Assembly (NCBI GenBank): GCA_965227065.1 | Contig: CBDDFN010000003.1 | Coordinates: 30,303 to 94,302 of the forward strand | Direction of reading: 5' to 3' | Source: Alphaproteobacteria bacterium | Lineage (GTDB): Bacteria > Pseudomonadota > Alphaproteobacteria > SPJN01 | DNA: 64,000 nucleotides | Shown: positions 41,602 to 50,987 of the stretch, one piece after another | Position numbering within the stretch: position 1 is the stretch's first letter | Layout of the letters: each line of letters begins with the position of its first letter | Notes under the pieces: generated by a model | Databases searched by the model: none | Told to the model about the DNA's origin: nothing | Seen by the model: only the letters and a program-made list of their open reading frames with translations | Position numbers and translations under genes: made by a program

Positions 41602-41617
41602 TTCATATAATGTTGAA
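41602..41617. promoter_or_regulatory. Candidate ArsR operator
   Basis: TTCA-TATAATGT-TGAA just upstream of the arsR start. Confidence 0.5.
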
Positions 41618-41687
41618 GTTTTTAAGACAGCGCCCCACTCGCTTCACCAAGAGTGCGCCGGGAATGTTACAGCTTAATGTGAAGCAT

Positions 41688-41716
41688 TTCGCAATAGTGT
41701 TGCGAACGATTTGCAA
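41688..41716. promoter_or_regulatory. Two overlapping palindromes upstream of the TonB-dependent receptor
   Basis: TTCGCAA-N5-TTGCGAA (41688-41706) and TTGCGAA-N3-TTTGCAA (41700-41716). Confidence 0.55.
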
Positions 41717-41910
41717 GAATAAGTGAAAATTTTTTCTTTTCATACGGTCTCAACGGGTTTTGAACGATTGCACGGGTGCGTTCCAGAAAATTTTCTGGTT
41801 GCACCCCAGCCAGTTCTCTATGACTTTTTCTTGAACAGCCAGCGCGCGAACGCTGGGTTTGCAAGCCGTCAGTGGGGATTGATGGGCTGCAAAAAACGGG
41901 GGAAGTAAGC

Positions 41911-44232
41911 ATGATGATGGTTTCGACCCGCCTGGTCCTGGCGGGATGTTTGGCTTTGAGCTTTATCACAATGGCGCAGGCCCAAGATGCGCCCGGTGCA
42001 GAACCATCGGCGGACACAGTTGAAGACAGCGGCCGCCCCAAACTTGAAGAGATCATTGTCACCGCCCAGAAGCGGGCGGAAAATGTTCAGGACGTGCCGA
42101 TTTCGATGACCGCGATCTCCGGCGAGGTCTTGAAAGACAACAATATCGAAAACCTCAACGATCTGTCGCTTTACACACCCAATGTGAAAATTCAGTCCAT
42201 CGCGCCATTTGGCCGGATCAATATGCGCGGGCTGGGGTCGGGCTCGAACCGGGGTTTTGAACAATCGGTTGGCCTCATCCTTGACGGGGTGTTCTTTGCG
42301 CGGCTGCAATATCTGACCGATGCCATGCTGGATATTGAACGGGTTGAAGCGCTGCGCGGCCCCCAAGGCACCCTGTTTGGCAAGAACACGATTGCCGGCG
42401 CCATGAACATTGCATTTGGCACGCCAGAAGAAAGCTTCCGCGCTGAAGCCGATGCCGCCATCGGCCAGTTCAAGCAACGCCGTTTCCGCGGCATGGCCAC
42501 GGGGCCGATCACGTCCGATGACGCCCTGAAGTTCCGCATTGCCGCAGTTTATGACCAAAAGGACGGCCACACCGACAACACGTTTTTGGGGCGTGACGAG
42601 CTCAACACGGACAATCAGGCGCTTCGCGCCAAGCTGGCCTGGGATTCCGATTTCGGGCTGTCGATTGTGGCGGGCGTGACCTATGCACAGTTTGAACAGC
42701 GCAGCTGGGGCATCCAGTTTACCAAACTTGATGCCGACACACGCCTGACCTACGGGCTGTTTGATGACGGCCTTGAAGACGATGTCGGCAACTATGAAGG
42801 TCAGGCCGACTATCCCGGCCAGAATGAACGCGAAACCTGGACCGCCATCGTACAGGCCGATCAGGATATTGGTGAACTCACACTGACTTCGGTTACGGGC
42901 TACTCAACCTTTGAAGAGGTCGGCGGGATTGATGCCGATGGCGGCCCGATGCCGTTCATTACCCTTCTGGGAACTGAAAAATATACCCAGATCAGCCAGG
43001 AGGTCCGGCTGGCCAGTGCGCCGGGCGATTTTCAGTGGCAGATCGGCCTGTATTATTTTTATTCCAAAGTGGATGTGCAGACCGGCGTCGACATTCTGCC
43101 CATTGCCGACCCCGGTTCGCTGATCGCCACGACGCTTGCTCCCATGGCGCTGGCCGACCTTCTGGGGCCCGCCCTTTCGGGACTTTTGGGACCGCTGGGT
43201 CAACCCGACGGGCTTGAAAATGCACGGCTGCGGTTTGACCAGACCCAACATTCCTATGCGGTGTTCGGACAGGCCGATTGGGCGATCACGCCGGAATTGA
43301 CCCTGATCTGGGGTGGCCGCTTTTCCTACGAAAAAAAGTCGGTTGATCAGGAACAGGTTCTCAATGGTGCGGGCATCATCACCATGGGCGTTGCCGAGTG
43401 GGAAGAATATACCAATGTCGATGAACGCACCGAGATCAGCTTTGCACCGAAAGTCTCGCTGACCTATCACTGGACCGATGATGTGATGAGCTATGTCACC
43501 CTCGCCCAGGGCTTCAAAGGCGGCGGCTACAACGCCTCGGCCAGCACCAATGCCGAACTTGAATATAATGAAGAGAACGCCGTCACCTATGAGCTTGGCC
43601 TCAAGACGACATTTCTCGGCGGTGCCGCACGCGCCAATATTGGCGGCTTTTACACCATCTTCCGCGACTTGCAGGTCTCGGTGTTCTCCACCACCCAGTT
43701 CGTGGTGCGCAACGCCGCCGATGCGGTGACGCGGGGAATTGAGTTCGATTTCATGGTTATGCCGCTCGAAGGCTTGTTCGTGATGGCATCCGGCGCATGG
43801 ACGGACGCCTATTTCACCAGCTTCCCGCAAGGCACCTGCCAAAACGGGGTAGATCAGGATTTCTGTGACTTGTCGGGCAAGCGGCTGCAGCGCGCGCCGG
43901 AATGGACGGCCAATGCTTCGGTCAATTACGTTAATCCGCTGTTCAACCTGCCCTTTGATCTGGTGATGGGCGTCGACATTCTGTTTCAGGATGACTTTTT
44001 TCTCGCCGTCGATCAGGACCCGCTGGAACAGCAAAAAGCCTATACCCAGTTCAACGCCCGGATCGGGTTCCGCGCCGATGATGACAGCTGGTCAATCATG
44101 GTGTTTGGCCGCAATCTGACCGACGAGGTGGTGCTTGTCACCGCAGCCGATGCCCCGCTGGCCGATGGCAGCCATATTGGTGCCGTCGAACCGCCCCGCA
44201 GCTTTTCCATCGAAGCAACGGTGCGGTTCTAG
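41911..44232 (+). CDS. TonB-dependent receptor
   Basis: Signal peptide; TonB box LEEIIVTAQKR; plug ERVEALRGPQGTLFGKNTIAGA; C-terminal GRNLTD...ATVRF. Confidence 0.96.
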   Translation: MMMVSTRLVLAGCLALSFITMAQAQDAPGAEPSADTVEDSGRPKLEEIIVTAQKRAENVQDVPISMTAISGEVLKDNNIENLNDLSLYTPNVKIQSIAPFGRINMRGLGSGSNRGFEQSVGLILDGVFFARLQYLTDAMLDIERVEALRGPQGTLFGKNTIAGAMNIAFGTPEESFRAEADAAIGQFKQRRFRGMATGPITSDDALKFRIAAVYDQKDGHTDNTFLGRDELNTDNQALRAKLAWDSDFGLSIVAGVTYAQFEQRSWGIQFTKLDADTRLTYGLFDDGLEDDVGNYEGQADYPGQNERETWTAIVQADQDIGELTLTSVTGYSTFEEVGGIDADGGPMPFITLLGTEKYTQISQEVRLASAPGDFQWQIGLYYFYSKVDVQTGVDILPIADPGSLIATTLAPMALADLLGPALSGLLGPLGQPDGLENARLRFDQTQHSYAVFGQADWAITPELTLIWGGRFSYEKKSVDQEQVLNGAGIITMGVAEWEEYTNVDERTEISFAPKVSLTYHWTDDVMSYVTLAQGFKGGGYNASASTNAELEYNEENAVTYELGLKTTFLGGAARANIGGFYTIFRDLQVSVFSTTQFVVRNAADAVTRGIEFDFMVMPLEGLFVMASGAWTDAYFTSFPQGTCQNGVDQDFCDLSGKRLQRAPEWTANASVNYVNPLFNLPFDLVMGVDILFQDDFFLAVDQDPLEQQKAYTQFNARIGFRADDDSWSIMVFGRNLTDEVVLVTAADAPLADGSHIGAVEPPRSFSIEATVRF

Positions 44233-44342
44233 ACCCGATCACGCAGGCGTGACCGCTATCTGAACCAACAGGCGGTCTGTACGGCATCACCAGCCGTAGA
44301 GGCAGGCAGGGAAGTGACACCACCCAACAAGGGAGTTGAACG

Positions 44343-44924
44343 ATGAAATTCTTGCCTGTCGCGGCCATGACCGCAGTGATGAGCCTGTCCACCGCCGCCT
44401 GGGTTCAGGCCGGGCACCATGAAACCATGGGCAAAGCCGATAATCCGATGGTTGGCGGCGCGCCGATGTATGCCGACAAAACCATTGTCGCCAATGCCGT
44501 CAATTCCGCTGACCATGAAACGCTGGTCGCTGCGGTGAAAGCCGCCGGTCTGGTCGATACGCTGTCGAGCGAAGGCCCGTTCACTGTATTCGCGCCCACC
44601 GATGATGCCTTTGCCGCCCTGCCCGCCGGCACGGTCGAAACCCTGCTCAAGCCGGAAAACAAAGCCAGCCTGACCAAAATACTGACCTGCCATGTCGTGT
44701 CCGGCAAGGTCATGTCGGCTGCGCTTGCCAAGATGATTGAAGGCTCTGCCAACAAATTGCCGGTGCAAACCGTTGGTGGCTGCACCTTCACCGCCAGCCT
44801 TGAAGGCGGCATGGTCAAGATCGAAGATGGCAAAGGTCAGGTTGCTACCGTGACCATCGCCGATGTCCGCCAGTCAAACGGCGTCATCCATGTGATCGAC
44901 ACAGTTTTGTTGCCTGCGTCTTAA
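44343..44924 (+). CDS. Fasciclin (FAS1) domain protein
   Basis: TLVAAVKAAGLVDTL...GPFTVFAPTDDAF, ILTCHVV, SNGVIHVIDTVL. Confidence 0.95.
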   Translation: MKFLPVAAMTAVMSLSTAAWVQAGHHETMGKADNPMVGGAPMYADKTIVANAVNSADHETLVAAVKAAGLVDTLSSEGPFTVFAPTDDAFAALPAGTVETLLKPENKASLTKILTCHVVSGKVMSAALAKMIEGSANKLPVQTVGGCTFTASLEGGMVKIEDGKGQVATVTIADVRQSNGVIHVIDTVLLPAS

Positions 44925-44948
44925 GCGAACCACACGGCAACCAACTTG

Positions 44949-44979
44949 AAGGGCCGCCCCCAACCGGGAGCGGCCCTTT
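44949..44979. terminator. Hairpin between convergent genes
   Basis: AAGGGCCGC-N11-GCGGCCCTT-TC. Confidence 0.65.
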
Positions 44980-45002
44980 CTCATTGCAATGCGCTCAAGC
45001 GG

Positions 45003-46139
45003 CTAGATATTGGCAACGCTGGTGCGGGTATCCACGCCGAGCGATTCGAGCGTCTTGATGGTCAGGCCGCCGGTCGCCATATTGTTGGCGCGCTGATAGC
45101 GGGTCACCGCACCTTGCGTCAGCGGACCATAGACACCGTCAATGGGCCCCGGATTGAAGCCACGCTCTTTCAGCGCAACCTGCAATTTGCGGACCACATT
45201 GGTGGTGGTGTTGGTTTCGCACAGGATCTCACGCCAGTTCAGCGCAGCGGCCGTCACAAGCTCGCGGCGTTCCACCGTTTTATATTCAGCGGGAACCGGG
45301 ATACGGATTTCCTTGGGCTCATTGACAAGCTTGCGCACCTTGACCGTTTTGAATTCGGCGGCATGGGTCACTTTGCGAACCTGGGGTTCTTTGACCATCA
45401 CCCGGCGCTTGACCGTGTTGTATTTGGCCGGGATGGCGGTTTTGACGGTGCGCTCAGGCGCCACCAGAACCGTTTTTTTGATCGATTTATATTCGGCCGG
45501 CACTTCAACCAGACACATGATCTCGCCGGTTGCTTCGTCGATCCGCTCAATCGGGCCACGGCCTTTCTTCCAGGTCGTATAGGCGGGACGAACGAGAACC
45601 TGCTCTTCAACCGTTTTGAACTCGGCCGGGACGGTTTTGAGCTCAAAGCTTGCATCTTCGATAAGGACTTTTTCCTCAACCCACTCATATTGGGCCGGGG
45701 TCACTTCGACCACTTCTTCCCAGGCTTCCTTGACCTTCACGCGCTCTTCCACCCACTGATAGCGGGCATCTTCAAGCTCGATCCGCTCAGAGGCTTCGCG
45801 CACCGTTATGGTGTCGGTCTTCATCTCATATTTCGGCGGGACCAGAACGCGCGCATAGCATTCACCGGGGGCCGCGTTGGGCGGCAGATCAGCAGCGGTC
45901 GGGTCGGCCATCACCGGACGCTCGGACCCAGCGCCTGCCAGCGCCTTTTCGGCAGCGGCTTTTTCCTCAAGCGCCTTGGCGCGCTCGAGCCGGGCTTCCA
46001 GAAGTTCATCTTCAAGCTGCTGGTTGCGGTCTTCGGCGGCTTTCAGCGCACCGGCATCGGTGCCTTGCTGGGCGCAACCGGCCACCGTGAAAGCGGTGCC
46101 AAGCGCGAGCGCACCCGCGCGCAAAACTGTGATCGTCAT
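45003..46139 (-). CDS. Lipoprotein with coiled coil, repetitive VPAxY/F motifs and C-terminal PG_binding_1 domain
   Basis: Lipobox VAGC; LQVALKERGFNPGPIDGVYGPLTQGAVTRYQ. Confidence 0.88.
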   Translation of the reverse strand: MTITVLRAGALALGTAFTVAGCAQQGTDAGALKAAEDRNQQLEDELLEARLERAKALEEKAAAEKALAGAGSERPVMADPTAADLPPNAAPGECYARVLVPPKYEMKTDTITVREASERIELEDARYQWVEERVKVKEAWEEVVEVTPAQYEWVEEKVLIEDASFELKTVPAEFKTVEEQVLVRPAYTTWKKGRGPIERIDEATGEIMCLVEVPAEYKSIKKTVLVAPERTVKTAIPAKYNTVKRRVMVKEPQVRKVTHAAEFKTVKVRKLVNEPKEIRIPVPAEYKTVERRELVTAAALNWREILCETNTTTNVVRKLQVALKERGFNPGPIDGVYGPLTQGAVTRYQRANNMATGGLTIKTLESLGVDTRTSVANI

Positions 46140-46321
46140 TGGGTCTTCCTCGTCTAGCCAGAGTGTCAGTCATTCCCCTCGACAGGCGGGTTACACCTCA
46201 CAAGGCGGTCCCGCCGATCACGTCATCGCACCATAGCTGTGTGACACTCTTTGCCGCCGGACGGCCCAAGAGCGGCTGAGTCCCAAAAAATTCACGCGGC
46301 TAGTGGTTTCTCCCTTTCCGA

Positions 46322-46337
46322 ACACAAGATGTTGGGG
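46322..46337 (+). promoter_or_regulatory. NrdR box upstream of nrdB
   Basis: acaCAAGATGTTGggg matches acaCwAtATaTwGtgt. Confidence 0.7.
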
Positions 46338-46468
46338 TATAGTCTGCAAACGGTCCAGATTTGGGGGCCAATCGCATAAAACAGACAGTGACGCGGCCCG
46401 CGCCGCCCTTGGGATTTGGCTGCGGGACAGGGTTTTTTGCCCTCACAGCGCCGCGGAAGGGGATAAAA

Positions 46469-47533
46469 ATGGTCGATGCAGAACACGCCAACAAAGAAGC
46501 GGACCTGTTTGAGGACAAGCCGGGCCTGATGACCTCGTCACATTCCTACAAGCCCTTCCGCTACCCTTGGGCGTTTGATTTCTGGCAGCGCCAGCAGCAG
46601 GTTCACTGGATGCCTGAAGAGGTTCCCCTGGGCGAGGATTGCAAGGACTGGGCCGTCAAGCTCGATGATAATGAGCGCAATCTGCTGACCCAGATTTTCC
46701 GCTTCTTCACCCAGTCCGATGTCGAGGTGAACGACAATTATATGGAGCGCTACGCGCGCGTCTTTAAACCCACTGAAATCAAGATGATGCTGGCGGCCTT
46801 TTCGAATATCGAGACCGTGCATATCGCCGCTTACGCATTGTTGCTTGAAACCATCGGCATGCCCGACAGCGAGTTCCGCGCCTTCCTCGATTATGAAGAA
46901 CTCGCCGCAAAGCACGAATATATGCAGGAATTTGGCGTCGAGACCCATGCCGATGTCGCCCGCACGCTGGCCATGTTCGGCGGCTTCACTGAAGGGCTGC
47001 AACTGTTTGCAAGCTTCGCCATGCTTTTGAACTTCCCGCGTCACAACAAGATGCGCGGCATGGGCCAGATTGTGACCTGGTCGGTGCGCGATGAGTCGCT
47101 GCATTGCGAAGGCATGATGAAACTGTTTCACGCCTTCACCCGTGAAACCGGCTGTCTGACCCAGTCGGTCAAGGACGACATTGTCGATTGCTGCAAAACC
47201 GTTGTCGGCCTTGAAGACCGCTTCATCGATCTCGCCTTCGAGATGGGCCCGGTGCAAGGCATGACGCCTGAGGATATCAAGAAATATATCCGCTATATCG
47301 CCGACTGGCGGCTCACCCAGCTTGAGTTGCCGACCGTCTACGGCATTTCAGAACACCCCCTGCCCTGGCTGACTGAAATTCTGAACGGGGTGGAACACGC
47401 CAACTTCTTTGAACAGCGTGCCACCGAATATTCCAAAGGCGCCACCAAGGGCCAATGGCATGGCGATGAAGGTGTGTGGGCAGCGTTCGACACGATGATG
47501 GATGGCCGCAAACAGGTTGATCTGGGCCTTTAG
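46469..47533 (+). CDS. nrdB: Class Ia ribonucleotide reductase beta subunit
   Basis: KPFRYPW, HWMPEEV, ETVHIAAY (radical Tyr), EGLQLF, RDESLH, NFFE. Confidence 0.97.
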   Translation: MVDAEHANKEADLFEDKPGLMTSSHSYKPFRYPWAFDFWQRQQQVHWMPEEVPLGEDCKDWAVKLDDNERNLLTQIFRFFTQSDVEVNDNYMERYARVFKPTEIKMMLAAFSNIETVHIAAYALLLETIGMPDSEFRAFLDYEELAAKHEYMQEFGVETHADVARTLAMFGGFTEGLQLFASFAMLLNFPRHNKMRGMGQIVTWSVRDESLHCEGMMKLFHAFTRETGCLTQSVKDDIVDCCKTVVGLEDRFIDLAFEMGPVQGMTPEDIKKYIRYIADWRLTQLELPTVYGISEHPLPWLTEILNGVEHANFFEQRATEYSKGATKGQWHGDEGVWAAFDTMMDGRKQVDLGL

Positions 47534-47595
47534 ACCCATTCACCGGCTTGATAGCCCTTCCCCGCCGTCCTAGGCTTGGCGGTATGGGAGGGTTC

Positions 47596-48378
47596 ATGAG
47601 CCAGATCATCATCAGAAATCCCCAATTCGACTTTCCTGACCGGCCCGATCTTTGCCTGTATGACGGCAATCCCCATGCATCGGCTTTGATGCACGGCTTT
47701 TCAATGACCATGCCGCATCTTGAGCCCTATCTGATCCGCACCATGCGCGCGGCTGCGCCTGAAATCCGTTTTGATGATCTGCGCGACGATGTAAGAGCCT
47801 TTGCCGGGCAGGAAGGCAATCATTACCGCACCCATGCTGCAATGAATGATGCCATTAAACGCGCAGTGGGGGACCACCACGCTGCGCAACTGGATGCCAT
47901 CGAGGCACAGATGGAGGCCGATTATCAGAGCTTCACCCGCACCAGGTCGCTCAAATTCAATTCTGCCTATGCTGAAGGTTTTGAGGCGATGACCTTTGCT
48001 TTCGCGCGGGCGGCGCACAAGACACAGTCCATCGCCGCGATGAAAGGCTGGGCGCGTGATGTCTGGCTTTGGCACCTCGCAGAAGAAACAGAACACCGGA
48101 CGGTCGCTTTTGAGGTGTTTGACCATCTTTATGGCGGCTACTATCAGCGCGTCTGGATGGGCCTGCGCGCCCAACAGCATTTCGGAGGCTATTGGCAACG
48201 CTTTGCGCAGGTCATTTGTGAGGCCATGACCGGCTCCACGCTGTCGATGAAACAGGCGCGCAAGGTTTTCGGCTTCGCAGGCAGCCGCGCCTATCTTGCA
48301 ACGCTTCTTCCCACCTATCACCCGCGCAAATACCCGATGCCCGAAGGGCTGGCACAAGCCCTGGGCGGTTTCAAATAG
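47596..48378 (+). CDS. Metal-dependent hydrolase family (ferritin-like)
   Basis: PHLEPYLI, QEGNHYRTH, AEGFEAMT, WHLAEETEHRTVAFEVF. Confidence 0.85.
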   Translation: MSQIIIRNPQFDFPDRPDLCLYDGNPHASALMHGFSMTMPHLEPYLIRTMRAAAPEIRFDDLRDDVRAFAGQEGNHYRTHAAMNDAIKRAVGDHHAAQLDAIEAQMEADYQSFTRTRSLKFNSAYAEGFEAMTFAFARAAHKTQSIAAMKGWARDVWLWHLAEETEHRTVAFEVFDHLYGGYYQRVWMGLRAQQHFGGYWQRFAQVICEAMTGSTLSMKQARKVFGFAGSRAYLATLLPTYHPRKYPMPEGLAQALGGFK

Positions 48379-48390
48379 GGAGACGACGGC

Positions 48391-48786
48391 ATGACACTCG
48401 ACACGGCGCGTGCGCATTCAGTCAAATCAGCGGTTTGGACGATTGAGGGGGATCAGCAAAAGCTCACCCCCTTTGCCATGGATGATGCCTTCTGGCCCAA
48501 ATTGATGGCCGGTGACATTCCCGGCGAGGCGCTGATCAGTTTTTATTTCATGGACGGCAAATTTCCCCATCGCGAGATGCATCCCAAGGGCGATGAGCTG
48601 TTCATCCTGCATGAGGGCGAAATCACCGTCTATCTTGAAGGCCCCGATGGCGACACACCCCACACGCTCAAGGCGCGTGAGACCTTGTTGATCCCCAAAG
48701 GAGTGTGGCATTGGGCAGAGCATGTCACGCCGGGCTGGCTGACGGTGATCACCTTCGGCGAAGGCACCGAGCACAAAGCCCTTTAA
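48391..48786 (+). CDS. Cupin domain protein
   Basis: EMHPKGDELFILHEG...LIPKGVWH. Confidence 0.88.
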   Translation: MTLDTARAHSVKSAVWTIEGDQQKLTPFAMDDAFWPKLMAGDIPGEALISFYFMDGKFPHREMHPKGDELFILHEGEITVYLEGPDGDTPHTLKARETLLIPKGVWHWAEHVTPGWLTVITFGEGTEHKAL

Positions 48787-48813
48787 TGTCCCCCCACGGG
48801 GCGGCGGCGAAAA

Positions 48814-49413
48814 TTACCTTGAGGGGTTGGCGGGCCGCCACATGGGCCACATAGGCGGGCAATCATCGGGCGTCTCAACCTCTTTCAAGACCTCAAAGCC
48901 ATGGGCGCGGTAAAAGCCCAGATTGCGTTCTTTTGAGTTTTCCAGATAGCACGGCATGCCCTCGGCATCCGCAAGGGCAAGCCCTGCCCGCATCACCGCC
49001 CCGCCAATACCCTGGCCCTGGGCTGCGGCGCGGGCGGCAATCGCAAACAGATAATAGTGCGGCTCATGGGGGTGATGCTTTGCCATAAACGCCCCCATCG
49101 CCATGCCGCGCCGGGCACCCGTCAACCCGCCATGCCGGGCATTGATGCCCAGCATGCGCAGCGTAAATCCAAACCCCTGATCATAGGACTGGCCGGGCTT
49201 GAGCCACAGGCTCGCCCCCTTGCCTTGGGCCTCAATATGGGCAACGCCCCCGGCCTTGAAATTAAGATCGGCCATGGCTTTCAAAAATGACGGGATGGCC
49301 GAAAAACTGTTGAACGCCCAGCCCATGACCGGATCGTCATGGAACCCGTCGGCAAGTATCTCCACAAGCGCGGTCTTGTCCGCGGCGCTTGCTGGTCTGA
49401 TCTGGGGGGTCAT
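48814..49413 (-). CDS. GNAT N-acetyltransferase
   Basis: GFHDDP, YYLFAIAA...QGQGIG, CYLENSKERNLGFYRAHGF. Confidence 0.9.
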   Translation of the reverse strand: MTPQIRPASAADKTALVEILADGFHDDPVMGWAFNSFSAIPSFLKAMADLNFKAGGVAHIEAQGKGASLWLKPGQSYDQGFGFTLRMLGINARHGGLTGARRGMAMGAFMAKHHPHEPHYYLFAIAARAAAQGQGIGGAVMRAGLALADAEGMPCYLENSKERNLGFYRAHGFEVLKEVETPDDCPPMWPMWRPANPSR

Positions 49414-49417
49414 CTGT

Positions 49418-50083
49418 CTACTCCAGCACTTGCCAGGGTTCATTTTCGGCGGTGCGCGCCTTGGGGATGGCAAGGGTCAGCGTCCGCAGCACCATCACAC
49501 ACCACACCGCCATGATGAAATGGAACAGGACGATATCATATCCCGGTGCCAGGCTCGCCAGAAGCCCTGCCATCATCGCCCCCATGATCAGCACCATCAC
49601 GACAAATGTCGCAACCATCATCAGCGCAGCAGGCGCATTGCCCCGGCCCGACAGGATGGCACCCGACAATATGCCGGCAATGACCGCCGCTACAAAAAAG
49701 ACCGGGCGATAGGGCATTGGATCACCAAACATGACGAGGCCAACCCCAATCAGAACCGCCACCGCACACAGCCCGGCACGCAGCCCAGATGCCATGATCA
49801 TGCCCTTATGCGCCGCTTCAAGCGCACCGGCCCCCATCAGCACGAACCCCGCCGTGCCGCTGAGATTGACCAGCATCTGGTGAAGCCCGGCCCAATGCTC
49901 CCATTCCATACCGACGCGAATACCCCCGGCAATGGCCGCCAGCGCGGTCAACACCAGCCCGCCCGCAAAAGCCCAATGGGCGGCGGAGCCGCGCACCATG
50001 AATTTGACTGCAATCCAAAGCGCGGTCCCCGCCAGCACCGCTTCTGAAATCACAAACCACAACTGGCCTTGATTGACGATCAT
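49418..50083 (-). CDS. Multi-pass membrane hypothetical protein
   Basis: About 7 hydrophobic segments; FHFIM near the C-terminus. Confidence 0.75.
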   Translation of the reverse strand: MIVNQGQLWFVISEAVLAGTALWIAVKFMVRGSAAHWAFAGGLVLTALAAIAGGIRVGMEWEHWAGLHQMLVNLSGTAGFVLMGAGALEAAHKGMIMASGLRAGLCAVAVLIGVGLVMFGDPMPYRPVFFVAAVIAGILSGAILSGRGNAPAALMMVATFVVMVLIMGAMMAGLLASLAPGYDIVLFHFIMAVWCVMVLRTLTLAIPKARTAENEPWQVLE

Positions 50084-50198
50084 TGTGCGTCCCCCGAAAT
50101 GTTGAATGAAACTAAGCTTTTGTGACGCGCCGCGAAAGCCTCTTTGGGAGCCGGGCGGGCTTTGCTAAGAGGGGGCATCATTTCTTGCGGGGTCCATC

Positions 50199-50945
50199 AT
50201 GCTTGAACTGCTGTCGCAACCCGAAGCCTGGCTGTCGCTGCTGACGCTGACATTCCTCGAAATCGTGCTCGGCATCGACAATGTGGTTTTTGTTTCGGTG
50301 GCGGCATCGCGCCTGCCCCAGCACCAGCAGCCGCGCGCCCGTACCATCGGCTTGCTACTGGCTTTGCTGATGCGGATCGGGCTGTTGCTGATGATCAGCT
50401 GGATTGTCGGGCTGACCCAGCCGGTCTTTGCAGTGGAAGGCTTTGAAGTCAGCTGGCGTGACATCATATTGTTTTCGGGCGGTCTTTTCCTGATCTACAA
50501 GGCGACCCATGAAATTCACGCCATGATCGACCCCGACGAGCCCGATGATCTCGAAGCCAAGGACGACAAGCCCGTCAGCTTCACCCGCGTCATTTTCGAA
50601 ATCGTCCTGCTTGATGCGATTTTCTCGCTCGACAGCGTGATCACCGCTGTCGGCATGGTCGATCATATCGAAATCATGGTGACGGCCGTTGTCATCGCCA
50701 TGGGCGTCATGCTGGTTGCAACCTCTTATATCGCCGCCTTTATCCACCGGCATCCGACAACCAAGATGCTGGCTTTGTCCTTTCTGCTGCTGATCGGGGT
50801 GGCGCTTGTGGGTGACGGGCTGCATTTCCACATTCCGCGCGGCTATATCTACTTTGCTATTGCCTTCTCGATTGCGGTTGAAGCCGCCAATCTGATGGCC
50901 GCCGCCCGCCGGCGCAAACGCCGGGCGGCGAAACAAGCGCACTAA
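50199..50945 (+). CDS. TerC family membrane protein
   Basis: LEIVLGIDNVVF, DAIFSLDSVITAVGM, HIPRGYIYFA. Confidence 0.95.
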   Translation: MLELLSQPEAWLSLLTLTFLEIVLGIDNVVFVSVAASRLPQHQQPRARTIGLLLALLMRIGLLLMISWIVGLTQPVFAVEGFEVSWRDIILFSGGLFLIYKATHEIHAMIDPDEPDDLEAKDDKPVSFTRVIFEIVLLDAIFSLDSVITAVGMVDHIEIMVTAVVIAMGVMLVATSYIAAFIHRHPTTKMLALSFLLLIGVALVGDGLHFHIPRGYIYFAIAFSIAVEAANLMAAARRRKRRAAKQAH

Positions 50946-50987
50946 GCCGCCTTTAAATCGGCACGATTTGGGCTTATATAGCGAGGT

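Noticed and set aside
44236-44262. RpoE/ChrR-type ECF promoter before the fasciclin gene (CGATCA-N15-TATCTG)
   Set aside because: Two mismatches to the TGATCC -35 and I am unsure of the consensus spacing; no ECF sigma gene nearby
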